Positions 10,030-20,287 of a stretch of DNA of 55,432 nt are shown in pieces. Positions within the stretch are counted from its first letter, which is position 1. Each line of letters begins with the position of its first letter. The position numbers and the translations under genes were made by a program. Origin of the DNA: Flavobacteriales bacterium (GTDB lineage: Bacteria > Bacteroidota > Bacteroidia > Flavobacteriales_D > Sanyastnellaceae); the NCBI GenBank assembly GCA_027488435.1, contig JAIYBR010000058.1, forward strand, positions 1 to 55,432, read 5' to 3'. The notes under the pieces were generated by a model, which did no database searches, was not told the DNA's origin, and saw only the letters and a list, made by a program, of their open reading frames with translations.

Positions 10030-11076
10030 ATGCGCAAAGATTACCTCCATAGTGTGCTGATGAACCCGGAAACTATTTCCGAGGAACAGCTCGTGGAGTT
10101 ACGCGAAACGGTTGCCCGCTATCCTTTTTTTGGTGCGGCGCAAATAGCACTGACTCAAGCGTTGAAAGCGCGGGGTGATGTTCAGTTCACCGATCAATTA
10201 GCTCAGGCTGGCATTTACACGTCGCAACGAGCTATGCTTTATCGGCGCATGAAAGGTGTATTACCGGTCAGCGATTCACCCAAAATCCCCACGGAAGTTC
10301 CCATCCTTGAAAAATCCAGTCTGGCATCGCGCATACTAGATGTTGAGGACAACAAAGAAACCGTCACAAAACTTGCAGGTCAGGAAACCTCTGAAGTCAG
10401 ATTAGCAGAGACCATTTCAGCCGAAGCAAGCAGTGAGATTTCGGAAGATGTGTTAGTACAATCTACGGAGATAGAATCTGCCGAAGAAATCGCACATGTG
10501 AAACTGGCAGAATTAGACCCCTTGGAAGGACAATTCCTGATAAGTGCAGTGAACACGGTCATCGAATTGGAAGTTCAGCCGGAACAAGGGCAGATCGAAA
10601 GTGAAATCAACGCTGAACCCGATCTTGAGCCCGATGATGAAACATCCTATGCCGCTCAGATTTATCGGAGAGCACAGCGCTTTCAGCAAACAAGTGATGA
10701 CGACACTGAAAATACGATTGACTCCTCGGAAGATAACAGCCTACCCGCTTTCCAAGCTACACCTCTATCACATGGAATCCGTCGAATCAAAACCACGGAC
10801 GCAAACAGGCAGCAGCGCGATTTGATTGATAAGTTCATTCAGGGAAGTCCGCAAATAGCCCGCGGAAAATCGGGCGACTACCCTACCGGGAATATAGCAA
10901 AAGATAGCTTGGACGAAGATTTTAGCATCGTCACTGAAACCATGGCTGTTTTATTTGCCAAACAAGGGAAACTGGACAAGGCCCGCAAAGCTTTCCGCAA
11001 ATTGATGGAACAACATCCCGAAAAAAGTATTTACTTTGCGGCCCAATTAAAAAATTTAGAACACTTTAAAAAGTAA
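10030..11076 (+). CDS. Hypothetical acidic protein with TPR-like termini
   Basis: The 348-aa ORF has a central Glu/Ser/Asp-rich low-complexity region. Helical TPR-like ends are present (the C-terminus reads MAVLFAKQGKLDKARKAFRKLMEQHPEK). It lies 4 nt after lptE and ends 4 nt before secG. Confidence 0.6.
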   Translation: MRKDYLHSVLMNPETISEEQLVELRETVARYPFFGAAQIALTQALKARGDVQFTDQLAQAGIYTSQRAMLYRRMKGVLPVSDSPKIPTEVPILEKSSLASRILDVEDNKETVTKLAGQETSEVRLAETISAEASSEISEDVLVQSTEIESAEEIAHVKLAELDPLEGQFLISAVNTVIELEVQPEQGQIESEINAEPDLEPDDETSYAAQIYRRAQRFQQTSDDDTENTIDSSEDNSLPAFQATPLSHGIRRIKTTDANRQQRDLIDKFIQGSPQIARGKSGDYPTGNIAKDSLDEDFSIVTETMAVLFAKQGKLDKARKAFRKLMEQHPEKSIYFAAQLKNLEHFKK

Positions 11077-11080
11077 TATC

Positions 11081-11392
11081 ATGGCATCGTTCATCGTCAT
11101 TCTGATTGTAATTATTGCATTGTTGCTCGCACTGGTAGTATTGGTGCAAAACCCCAAAGGCGGTGGATTGGCCGTTGGCTTCCAGGGAGCCACTCAAGTT
11201 GGCGGCGTGCAGCGTACAGCAGACTTTCTAGAAAAAGCAACCTGGTATTTGGGAATCGCCCTTTTCGTTCTTTGTTTGATTTCTGCTCGCTGGTACACCA
11301 GCTCAGGCATAAGCGAAGGTGGTTCAGAGCCTGCAGGAACAGAGCAAACAACCGAACAACCTGCTGAACAAGCCCCGGCTGAAGGTCAGTAA
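11081..11392 (+). CDS. secG: Preprotein translocase subunit SecG
   Basis: The 103-aa ORF starts with a TM helix followed by LVQNPKGGGLA, the SecG signature. A second TM helix and a hydrophilic tail follow. Confidence 0.85.
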   Translation: MASFIVILIVIIALLLALVVLVQNPKGGGLAVGFQGATQVGGVQRTADFLEKATWYLGIALFVLCLISARWYTSSGISEGGSEPAGTEQTTEQPAEQAPAEGQ

Positions 11393-11416
11393 TTCATAAA
11401 GCATTCACGTTTGAAA

Positions 11417-11451
11417 ATGTCAGTGTGTCGCAATACACTGACATTTTTTTT
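11417..11451 (+). terminator. Rho-independent terminator after secG
   Basis: A perfect 10-bp stem pairs atgtcagtgt (11417-11426) with acactgacat (11435-11444) around an 8-nt loop. Seven T residues follow (11445-11451). Confidence 0.75.
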
Positions 11452-11552
11452 GCTCTGTATGACAAAATTTTCATTGCAGGGCCTTGGCATAAAAGGTGAC
11501 AATCGCGTTTCCGCAATTCAAAAAATCAATTAACCGATTAAATAATTTCATC

Positions 11553-11828
11553 ATGTCAGTCAACGTAAAACCCCTTGCAGACCGCGTGCTCGTTGAAGCC
11601 AGCCCTGCAGAAACAACCACCGCCAGCGGCATTATCATTCCCGACACTGCGAAAGAAAAACCTCAGCGTGGAAAAGTTGTAGCGGTAGGTGCCGGCAAAA
11701 AGGATGAGCCCATGACCGTGAAAGAAGGTGACACCGTGTTGTACGGAAAATACTCAGGCACTGAAATCACGGTAGATGGAAAGGAATACCTCATCATGCG
11801 TGAAGCCGATATCTACGCAATCGTCTAA
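11553..11828 (+). CDS. groES: Co-chaperonin GroES
   Basis: The ATG at 11553 gives [15 protein letters not shown]...[13 protein letters not shown], 91 aa in total. The ORF-track start at 11496 is an upstream in-frame extension. Confidence 0.97.
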   Translation: MSVNVKPLADRVLVEASPAETTTASGIIIPDTAKEKPQRGKVVAVGAGKKDEPMTVKEGDTVLYGKYSGTEITVDGKEYLIMREADIYAIV

Positions 11829-11865
11829 CATTCACCAAGTCAATTAACATTCGAAAAAAGAATAA

Positions 11866-13500
<1,635 letters not shown>

Positions 13501-13523
13501 TCTTCCTATTCAGATATGAATTG

Positions 13524-13552
13524 AAAAGGGTCGTCGGATGGCGGCCCTTTTT
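13524..13552 (+). terminator. Rho-independent terminator after groEL
   Basis: The hairpin aaaagggtcgtc / ggat loop / ggcggccctttt has 12 pairs, two of them G-U, and runs into a T tract. Confidence 0.7.
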
Positions 13553-13688
13553 GTTGCCCGTTTTCCAGGTATTCAAGGATATTTCCTATTTGGCAAAACA
13601 TTGAGCGAACTGCGGAGAAGGAATTACATGCATTGAATTCTTACTATTGTTCCGCATCGATAATGATATAAAATAAAATGCTGTCCGC

Positions 13689-13696
13689 TATTTTTG
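13689..13696 (+). promoter_or_regulatory. Candidate -7 box (TATTTTTG) upstream of the T9SS cargo gene
   Basis: It matches the Bacteroidota -7 consensus TAnnTTTG and lies 31 nt upstream of the ATG at 13728. There is no convincing -33 TTG at the expected spacing. Confidence 0.25.
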
Positions 13697-13727
13697 CCCC
13701 TCTTACAAAACCAAACCAGCCGTTGTC

Positions 13728-15635
13728 ATGAAGTCTATTGCATTACTCTTAGCAGCAACTTTTTGTTTCCTGTATTCGCATGCCCAAAGCACGTTCGGTT
13801 GCACGGATCCTACTGCCTGCAATTTCAAATCGAATGCAACGATAGACGATGGCCTATGCTCGTTTGCTGGAACACCGTGCGACGATGGAAACCCGTTAAC
13901 ACGATACGATCGAATGGATTCCGATTGTCAATGCACAGGCTTCATCATTCAAACCGATTGCGCCGATGAAATTTTCATTTCAGAATATGTGGAAGGGACC
14001 AACAACAATAAGGCCATTGAACTTTACAACCCTACCTCGCAGCCGGTTTTGCTCGATGGAGTCTATTCCATGGGACGCGATCGCGATGGAGCGGGAAATC
14101 CTATGCTGATGAATATTACTGGAATCATCGAGCCACTCAGTGTGCGGGTTTTTGCGTTGGATAAACGTGACCCGAATGGCACCGGTGTTGATTCGCCTAT
14201 TTCTCCTTTACTTGAAGCCGTAGCGGACACTTTCCTTAATCCCATTTATGTTCAATCCAATTCACCCATGTGGTACAATGGCGACGACGCATTTGTACTC
14301 GTTAAAAACGGCAATCAAATAATTGACATAGTTGGTAAAATCGGTGAAGACCCGGGCGGCGGTTGGTGGCAGCTAGGCGACCCCAATACACGATGGTGGA
14401 CTATGAACCACACGATGGTAAGAAAGCCGGAGGTGTTAAGCGGTGTTACTGCAAATCCCGATGTTTTTGATCCTTCACTCGAGTGGGATACGTTGTCAGT
14501 TGACGATTTCTCTCATTTGGGATGGCATGAGATAAATTGTAACCCCGGCTGCTTGGGACTCAATGTCGACCATACTTTGAGTAATCCCTCTTGTTTCGCA
14601 CAAAACAATGGAAGCATTGACATTCATGTAACAGGGGGTAGCGGCAACTACATATACCAGTGGTCATCTCAGAATAGCTGCCCGTTCTTTGGAGCAACCA
14701 CTGAGGATCTAAACAACATCACCGCTTGTCAGTATTCGGTTAACGTAGTTGACCAAGATTCTGGTTGCGAAGTTTCAGCTACAATTACATTGGATCAACC
14801 AGCGATTCTGGAGCTGACGCTGGATCTCTCGACTTATCCTGGTGGAACCAATGTGAGTTGCTTCAACTCAAATGATGGAACTATATCGGCAATAGTAACC
14901 GGAGGTACGCCAGACCCTATTGCATTTGCACCCTACAATTACTTCTATAACTGGGCTGTTAGTTGCGGCAATCAACAGGTATTTAATCCGGCAGAGTTCG
15001 GAAACGATGTAAACTCTCCTTACTTGACCAACTTACCAGCAGGATTTTATGGAGTCGAGATTACAGATGCGAACGGTTGCTTAGCTTACACTTGTTTTGA
15101 TTTAGTTGCCCCTGATCCAATTTTGTCTCCGACAACCGAAATAATTGGATTAAGCACATTTGAACCTTTCAGCGTTCAAACGTACTCAGTCAGCCAGCTC
15201 TCGAATGTGTCGTATGAATGGTCGGTAACAGGCGGAAACATTTTACAAGGCCAGGGTTCCAATTTCATCCAAGTTCAATGGGCGAACAATTCCATTGGCA
15301 GCATCAATTTGGTAATTACCACATCCAATGGTTGCCAAACCATGCTGGACTTTGTAGTTGAAAGTGCCCTAGAAGTGAATGAAAACGGCAACTCTTTCAT
15401 ACAGTGGAGCGCATTTCCGAACCCGGCTTCCGATATGGTCACGATTCAACTTACAGGTACAACCAAACCGATTGATTATCGCTTACTGGACGCAACCGGA
15501 AGAATTATTAGCCTCGGTAAGGTTAGCGAAGGACTCAATAACCTATCCATCTCCCACTTGTCATCCGGTATATATACAATCGAATTACAACCTGCCTTTT
15601 CAACTTTGCACAGGCAGCAATTAATTGTAGAGTAA
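13728..15635 (+). CDS. Secreted T9SS cargo protein: Cys-rich N-terminus, lamin-tail-like (ExeM/NucH-type) domain, SprB-type repeats and a T9SS C-terminal sorting domain
   Basis: The signal peptide reads MKSIALLLAATFCFLYSHAQS. FISEYVEGTNNNKAIELYNPT is the LTD motif seen in ExeM/NucH nucleases. CFAQNNGSIDIHVTGGSGNYIYQWS and CFNSNDGTISAIVTGG are SprB-type repeats. The C-terminus (AFPNPASDMVTIQL...LSSGIYTIEL) is a type-A Por secretion tail. Confidence 0.85.
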   Translation: MKSIALLLAATFCFLYSHAQSTFGCTDPTACNFKSNATIDDGLCSFAGTPCDDGNPLTRYDRMDSDCQCTGFIIQTDCADEIFISEYVEGTNNNKAIELYNPTSQPVLLDGVYSMGRDRDGAGNPMLMNITGIIEPLSVRVFALDKRDPNGTGVDSPISPLLEAVADTFLNPIYVQSNSPMWYNGDDAFVLVKNGNQIIDIVGKIGEDPGGGWWQLGDPNTRWWTMNHTMVRKPEVLSGVTANPDVFDPSLEWDTLSVDDFSHLGWHEINCNPGCLGLNVDHTLSNPSCFAQNNGSIDIHVTGGSGNYIYQWSSQNSCPFFGATTEDLNNITACQYSVNVVDQDSGCEVSATITLDQPAILELTLDLSTYPGGTNVSCFNSNDGTISAIVTGGTPDPIAFAPYNYFYNWAVSCGNQQVFNPAEFGNDVNSPYLTNLPAGFYGVEITDANGCLAYTCFDLVAPDPILSPTTEIIGLSTFEPFSVQTYSVSQLSNVSYEWSVTGGNILQGQGSNFIQVQWANNSIGSINLVITTSNGCQTMLDFVVESALEVNENGNSFIQWSAFPNPASDMVTIQLTGTTKPIDYRLLDATGRIISLGKVSEGLNNLSISHLSSGIYTIELQPAFSTLHRQQLIVE

Positions 15636-15738
15636 TCAACGTTTGCCATTGCCCATTAGATTGGGATAATGCTGATGCTTATCAGCGATTGCGACAATGT
15701 ACTAACTACTTTGCCTGTATCATTTCGTTTGAGAGGCA

Positions 15739-16821
15739 ATGACTAAGAACACCAAACTTCTGATTGAAATTCCCGCCGTTATCGCGATTTTATACCTAGG
15801 TCGCAGCGTGCTAATTCCCCTCAGTTTTGCGCTGCTCATTGCCTGCATACTCTATCCCGTTTGTCATTGGCTGGAGTCACGCAAATTCTCACCGGTGGCG
15901 GCTATTGCTATTAGCTTATCTGCACTTGTTATTAGCGCAGGCGCATTGCTGTCGCTGCTCATTTGGCAAATTGCAGGTTTTGCTTCTGTGTGGAGTAAAC
16001 TTCAACTCAAGCTAAGTGATGCATGGCAACAGTTCTCCGGTTGGCTTGCCGACAGCGCTCAGATCACGCTTGAAGAACAGCAAAGTTGGCTCAGTTCCAT
16101 GCAGTCGAACTATGGTAATGAGGTGTTGCCTTTCATTACAACCACGGCGGGAAATGTATCCATCCTGGTGGTATTGCTCATACTCATTCCAATCATCGCT
16201 GCACTTATCCTATATGAACGCAAGCGACTGGTGAACGTCATTCACGCATTACTTCCATCCATTCCGCTCATCGATTTGAGAGCAATCCTCAACGATACCA
16301 TTACCGCCTATTATCAATTCATCAAAGGAATGCTGGTCGTGTATACATGCGTGGGTATTTTGAATAGCGTTGGACTTTTATTGTTGGGTGTGCCACACGC
16401 AATCCTATTCGGTTTCATTGCGGCAGTTCTTACATTCATTCCATATGTTGGAATTATGATTGGTGCATCATTGCCAATCGTGGTAAGCTGGATAACGTTT
16501 GATTCGATTTATTACCCGATGGGAGTTGTAGTCATTTTTACATTTGTTCAATACCTCGAAGCAAACGTCATTTTTCCCTGGGCTGTGAGCAGTAAGCTCA
16601 ATTTGAATACGCTCATGACCATTATCGCCATACTCGTCGGAGGGGCGCTTTGGGGATCATCGGGAATGATTCTGTTTGTACCGTTTCTGGGAATACTAAA
16701 GCTAATTGCTGATCGCCTGCCCGGATGGGAAACTATTTCACTTCTTCTAAGCGGAAGTCAAAAACAAGCTTCAAAAAATCCTATTCTCCCTGTTTCGGAG
16801 ACTTTGCATGACGAGAAATAA
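15739..16821 (+). CDS. AI-2E family (PerM/YhhT-like) transporter
   Basis: The 360-aa polytopic membrane protein has the family-typical topology and motifs (VLIPLSFALLIA..., FIPYVG, ILFVPFLGI). Confidence 0.8.
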   Translation: MTKNTKLLIEIPAVIAILYLGRSVLIPLSFALLIACILYPVCHWLESRKFSPVAAIAISLSALVISAGALLSLLIWQIAGFASVWSKLQLKLSDAWQQFSGWLADSAQITLEEQQSWLSSMQSNYGNEVLPFITTTAGNVSILVVLLILIPIIAALILYERKRLVNVIHALLPSIPLIDLRAILNDTITAYYQFIKGMLVVYTCVGILNSVGLLLLGVPHAILFGFIAAVLTFIPYVGIMIGASLPIVVSWITFDSIYYPMGVVVIFTFVQYLEANVIFPWAVSSKLNLNTLMTIIAILVGGALWGSSGMILFVPFLGILKLIADRLPGWETISLLLSGSQKQASKNPILPVSETLHDEK

Positions 16822-17131
16822 AGTCATTAATTTTTCCAATCAACGCATCGGTCCATTCGTGCACTTTCTCTGAAACTTGATTTTCGGTTCTCAACAAAAG
16901 GCGCTGCATCACAAGACTCAGCCCGAATACAAAACCATTGTTGACAAACATCGACTTAGACACCTGAACACCGGTAAGTGAGCTAACCGCGCTTACCAAC
17001 ATATTCATGGGCTTCCATTGTTCTCGAAGTGATGCAATATCATGCCTGATTAATTGCTCCTGTTCACCGGCAACAATTCGCAACCGCGCGATTTCAGCTC
17101 GCAACTCCTCTATAGTAGAAATTCTATCCAT
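16781..17131 (-). CDS. Hypothetical protein (coiled-coil N-terminus, one hydrophobic segment)
   Basis: The 116-aa ORF has its start overlapping the stop region of the upstream holin-like gene by 8 nt. Its 3' end overlaps the convergent transporter gene by 41 nt. Confidence 0.5.
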   Translation of the reverse strand: MDRISTIEELRAEIARLRIVAGEQEQLIRHDIASLREQWKPMNMLVSAVSSLTGVQVSKSMFVNNGFVFGLSLVMQRLLLRTENQVSEKVHEWTDALIGKINDFISRHAKSPKQGE

Positions 17132-17480
17132 GATTTTTCGTGTTGTAAATGTTCTTCACCATTGCATTCATGAGTGGTGCTTTTAAAATCGAATTTCGAA
17201 AAATGAAGAGCAACAGTCCGAGTGTGAAATAGCCCAAACCAACTATCCAATAACCCAGCAGAGGATCATTGCTCTCGCGTGCTATCAAACCAACCAAGCC
17301 CAAACTCCCGAACACCGCGGCGAGCAAGAAAACGGTAAAAAGAACATATGACATTACGAGCGTTGAAGTCAACACCACCACTTTTTCTGAAATCACATGC
17401 TGAGTAAGTTGCTGCCGGGTCTTCAGATAATCTTTTGTGTGAGCCATCATTTGATCTAAAGGCGATTGAGATACTTCCAT
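17124..17480 (-). CDS. Small membrane protein, phage-holin-family-like (two TM helices)
   Basis: The 118-aa ORF has an amphipathic N-terminus followed by two long hydrophobic helices (VVVLTSTLVMSYVLFTVFLLAAVFGSL and GYWIVGLGYFTLGLLLFIF). This architecture is commonly annotated as phage holin family protein in Bacteroidota. Confidence 0.55.
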   Translation of the reverse strand: MEVSQSPLDQMMAHTKDYLKTRQQLTQHVISEKVVVLTSTLVMSYVLFTVFLLAAVFGSLGLVGLIARESNDPLLGYWIVGLGYFTLGLLLFIFRNSILKAPLMNAMVKNIYNTKNHG

Positions 17481-17568
17481 TATTCGAATTGGTTTTATGA
17501 CAGCAAGATGTTTCCAATCGTTCCGTGATTCATTGATATTCGTCAGCGATAACTTAACCCATTGCTGA

Positions 17569-17597
17569 TTGGCTGCATGTCATATTGATTACTTTTG
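17569..17597 (+). promoter_or_regulatory. Candidate promoter for the yqeY-like gene (-33 TTG, -7 TACTTTTG)
   Basis: TTG lies at 17569-17571 and TACTTTTG at 17590-17597, separated by an 18-nt spacer. The ATG follows 21 nt downstream. Confidence 0.4.
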
Positions 17598-17617
17598 AGC
17601 AACATATTCTCATCAAA

Positions 17618-18070
17618 ATGAATCTTACCGAACGTATCAATAACGACATTAAAGAGGCGATGAAAGCTGGAGAAAAAGATAAGCTCATGGCGCTTCGCGA
17701 CATCAAGAGCAAACTGCTTCTGGAGATGACCAAAGACGGAAGCGGCGAAGTAGACGACACGCGCGGCATTGCCATTCTCAACAAGCTTTACAAGCAGCGC
17801 ATGGAGTCGATTGACATTTATACGAGTCAAGGAAGGGCTGATTTGATTGAAGAGGAAACCAAGCAAGCGCAAGTGATTGCCGCTTATTTACCCGAGCAAC
17901 TTTCAGGCGAAAAGCTAGAGGCAGAAATTCAAGCAATCATTTCTAATTTGGGTGCTGTGGGCCCCGGCGATTTGGGTAAAGTTATGGGTGTGGCCTCGAA
18001 GAGTCTCGCCGGCAAAGCCGATGGAAAAGCCATTTCGGAAATGGTGAAGAAGCTGCTCACTCAGGGATAA
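17618..18070 (+). CDS. GatB/YqeY domain-containing protein
   Basis: The ATG at 17618 gives MNLTERINNDIKEAMKAGEKDKLMALRDIKS..., the canonical YqeY N-terminus, for 150 aa. The ORF-track start at 17585 is an in-frame extension. Confidence 0.9.
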   Translation: MNLTERINNDIKEAMKAGEKDKLMALRDIKSKLLLEMTKDGSGEVDDTRGIAILNKLYKQRMESIDIYTSQGRADLIEEETKQAQVIAAYLPEQLSGEKLEAEIQAIISNLGAVGPGDLGKVMGVASKSLAGKADGKAISEMVKKLLTQG

Positions 18071-18079
18071 TACGATTGC

Positions 18080-18502
18080 GTGGTGACGAAAGAGCGCAAA
18101 CTCATTGTAATTGGAAGACATGTGCGCGTGTCGTTTCCTGATTTAGGTTTTACCCAAGTCGATGCAAAAGTGGATACCGGAGCTTTTCGAACTGTGCTTC
18201 ATTGTGAACGATGTGAAGAAGTTGAAACGCCGCTCGGAAAGCAACTCATGGCCGACTTCAAACTAGAAGGAGATGAAGTAAGGACCTACTATTTCACCGA
18301 TTATTTTTCGAAGGAATTCAAAAGTTCATTTGGAGAAAAAGAGAAGCGCTTCTGCATCCAAACCATGCTGCAAATAGGTAAGAAGAAGATTAAAAGCAGT
18401 GTATCGCTTACGGATAGGAGCGACATGAAATTTCAAGTATTGATAGGAAGAAAAACATTACTCAGAAGATTTCTGGTAGACGTAAGTCAAAAATTCGCCT
18501 AA
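18080..18502 (+). CDS. Retropepsin-like 'ATP-dependent zinc protease' family protein (RimB-like, usually a RimK partner)
   Basis: The 140-aa ORF has a GTG start. The region VSFPDLGFTQVDAKVDTGAFRTVLH contains the DTG aspartic-protease-like motif, and VLIGRKTL lies near the C-terminus. Confidence 0.7.
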   Translation: MVTKERKLIVIGRHVRVSFPDLGFTQVDAKVDTGAFRTVLHCERCEEVETPLGKQLMADFKLEGDEVRTYYFTDYFSKEFKSSFGEKEKRFCIQTMLQIGKKKIKSSVSLTDRSDMKFQVLIGRKTLLRRFLVDVSQKFA

Positions 18503-18503
18503 T

Positions 18504-20282
18504 CTAAACGCGCACACCGATTACAAGAACGTCGTCGACTTGTTCTTGCTCACCACGCCAGTCATCGAATCGTTTTTGAATCGCAACTAACTGTTCATCC
18601 ATCGAAAGTGAATTGATTTCTATGAGTAGTTGGCGAAATTGTTTTCGCATAAACTTCTTGCCCGCCGGGCCTCCGAATTGATCGGCATATCCATCGCTAA
18701 AAGTATATATGCAATCGCCCGATTGAATTTCTGTTTTCTTAGCCGTGAATTCACGCTCACCATTGACATAAGAACCAATGCTAAAACCATCGGCACCCAA
18801 TTCAATAAGCTCAGTTCCTCTCACAATATAAACAGGATTCTGAGCCCCACTGAATTCGAGTTCCATAGCGTCCATGTCGATGCTGCAAAGAGCGATATCC
18901 ATTCCATCTGTCACTAAGTGATTCTTATTGGATCTTAAGGCTTGCGAGGAAAGTCGGTTAACAGTGTTCAGCACTTGCGCCGGCTTGTAATAGACCTTCG
19001 TAGCTTGATTCAATGCGTTATGGCCCACTAAACTCATGAATGCACCCGGCACTCCATGGCCCGTGCAGTCGGCGGCAGCAAACATCAATTTCTTTCCCTT
19101 GTTGGCAAACCAATAGAAGTCACCACTAACTGTTGCCTTGGGCCTATACATGACGAAGTGCTGCGGAAAGACTTCTCGAATTGCCTCTGAACTGGGCAAA
19201 ATGGTATTTTGAAGTCGCTGCGCATAGTCGATACTTGCCTGCAAATCGTTGTATAGTTCTGTTACTCGTTCACTCTGGCGTTCTACTCTGTCTTTTTGAT
19301 CACGAATCTCCAAGGTCTGGGCAGCGACCTTCTCTTCCATCTGATGCCGGTATGATGCCAGATCATCGCGCATCTGAAGAAGGGCCCCTCCAAGTTCATC
19401 ATGCTGCGATAGTGGCTCATAAACCATATCAAACTTTCCGGCACCAATGCTCAAGGAAAATTCTTTCGTTCGTTCGAAGTTGCGCACTAGTCTGTCGACT
19501 GCCTTTGCCATATCGCCTATTTCATCATTGTTGGCGCGCGTTTCATGCAACGAATAAATCCCTTGAGAAAGGTTGTACAATTTCTGACGAAGGGAATTCA
19601 CCGGTCTAACGATTGAGCGAATAGTGATAAATGCGAGTAGGATACCGATGACAATTACCGTGACCGCCACCCAGATGAACACTTGTGTAAGATCGGCAAA
19701 TGAACTGTTCATTTTTGCAATCTCAACACCCATGGCCGCCCGCTGTTGGTCGATTAGTTGTCGCAATCCTTCCTGGGCTTTTCCCAGCGGTTTTTGAATT
19801 ACTCCATCATCAATAAACAGCTCCTCGGCGCTCATCATAGCTGTCTGATCTGTGTAGCTATTGAACTCTGGCAGTAGTTTCCTCACATCCTCATACGCAA
19901 GCAGCAAAGCTTGAACTTCAGCTGAGAGCAGATTTCTTTCCATTTTCTGATCATTGGACCAACGACCTGAAATGGAATCAATGCGCGATAGTTGGGCGGG
20001 TATTTTTTGAGTGCAAAGCGAGAGCGCCTCAATTCGCTCAAGATCATCTTCACGCCTCTGAACGAAGGCCCATTGCTTCATGAGCTGCTGTGCCTTTATG
20101 AGCTGATTGTCGAGCTCTTCAAGCGATTTAATTGAAGGTGCATAGACCACGTTTATTCTTTCGTTGATGGCCTTACTTCCGTTCAGGGTGGTTTCTGTAT
20201 AGGCCGCCAGCAGCGATACGCATAGTATATAGAGACCAAAACCAAAGGTCAGTTTGTTCGATATGGAAGGTCGTATCTTCAA
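18504..20282 (-). CDS. Membrane sensor phosphatase: TM, periplasmic helical domain, TM, HAMP, coiled coil, PP2C (SpoIIE family)
   Basis: The 592-aa ORF has an apparent TTG start 5 nt after the upstream stop codon. TM helices lie near residues 12-30 and 200-222. The HAMP region reads IVRPVNSLRQKL...IGDMAKAVDRL. PP2C motifs are present (SGDFYWF, AADCTGHGVPGAFMS, FSDGYADQFG, DDVLVIGVRV). Confidence 0.9.
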   Translation of the reverse strand: MKIRPSISNKLTFGFGLYILCVSLLAAYTETTLNGSKAINERINVVYAPSIKSLEELDNQLIKAQQLMKQWAFVQRREDDLERIEALSLCTQKIPAQLSRIDSISGRWSNDQKMERNLLSAEVQALLLAYEDVRKLLPEFNSYTDQTAMMSAEELFIDDGVIQKPLGKAQEGLRQLIDQQRAAMGVEIAKMNSSFADLTQVFIWVAVTVIVIGILLAFITIRSIVRPVNSLRQKLYNLSQGIYSLHETRANNDEIGDMAKAVDRLVRNFERTKEFSLSIGAGKFDMVYEPLSQHDELGGALLQMRDDLASYRHQMEEKVAAQTLEIRDQKDRVERQSERVTELYNDLQASIDYAQRLQNTILPSSEAIREVFPQHFVMYRPKATVSGDFYWFANKGKKLMFAAADCTGHGVPGAFMSLVGHNALNQATKVYYKPAQVLNTVNRLSSQALRSNKNHLVTDGMDIALCSIDMDAMELEFSGAQNPVYIVRGTELIELGADGFSIGSYVNGEREFTAKKTEIQSGDCIYTFSDGYADQFGGPAGKKFMRKQFRQLLIEINSLSMDEQLVAIQKRFDDWRGEQEQVDDVLVIGVRV

Positions 20283-20287
20283 AGTAA

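Noticed and set aside
11452-11552. Search for a CIRCE (TTAGCACTC-N9-GAGTGCTAA) or clear heat-shock promoter upstream of groES
   Set aside because: No inverted repeat resembling CIRCE is present and there is no convincing match to sigma-32-type or TAnnTTTG motifs. The groES-groEL promoter remains unassigned.
15671-15686. Hairpin gctgat-gctt-atcagc downstream of the T9SS cargo gene
   Set aside because: The stem is only 6 bp with no following T tract, so it is not a credible intrinsic terminator.
17543-17872. Minus-strand 109-aa ORF that might have been the YtxH-like partner of the holin-like pair
   Set aside because: It overlaps the well-supported yqeY-like gene on the opposite strand and has no YtxH features.
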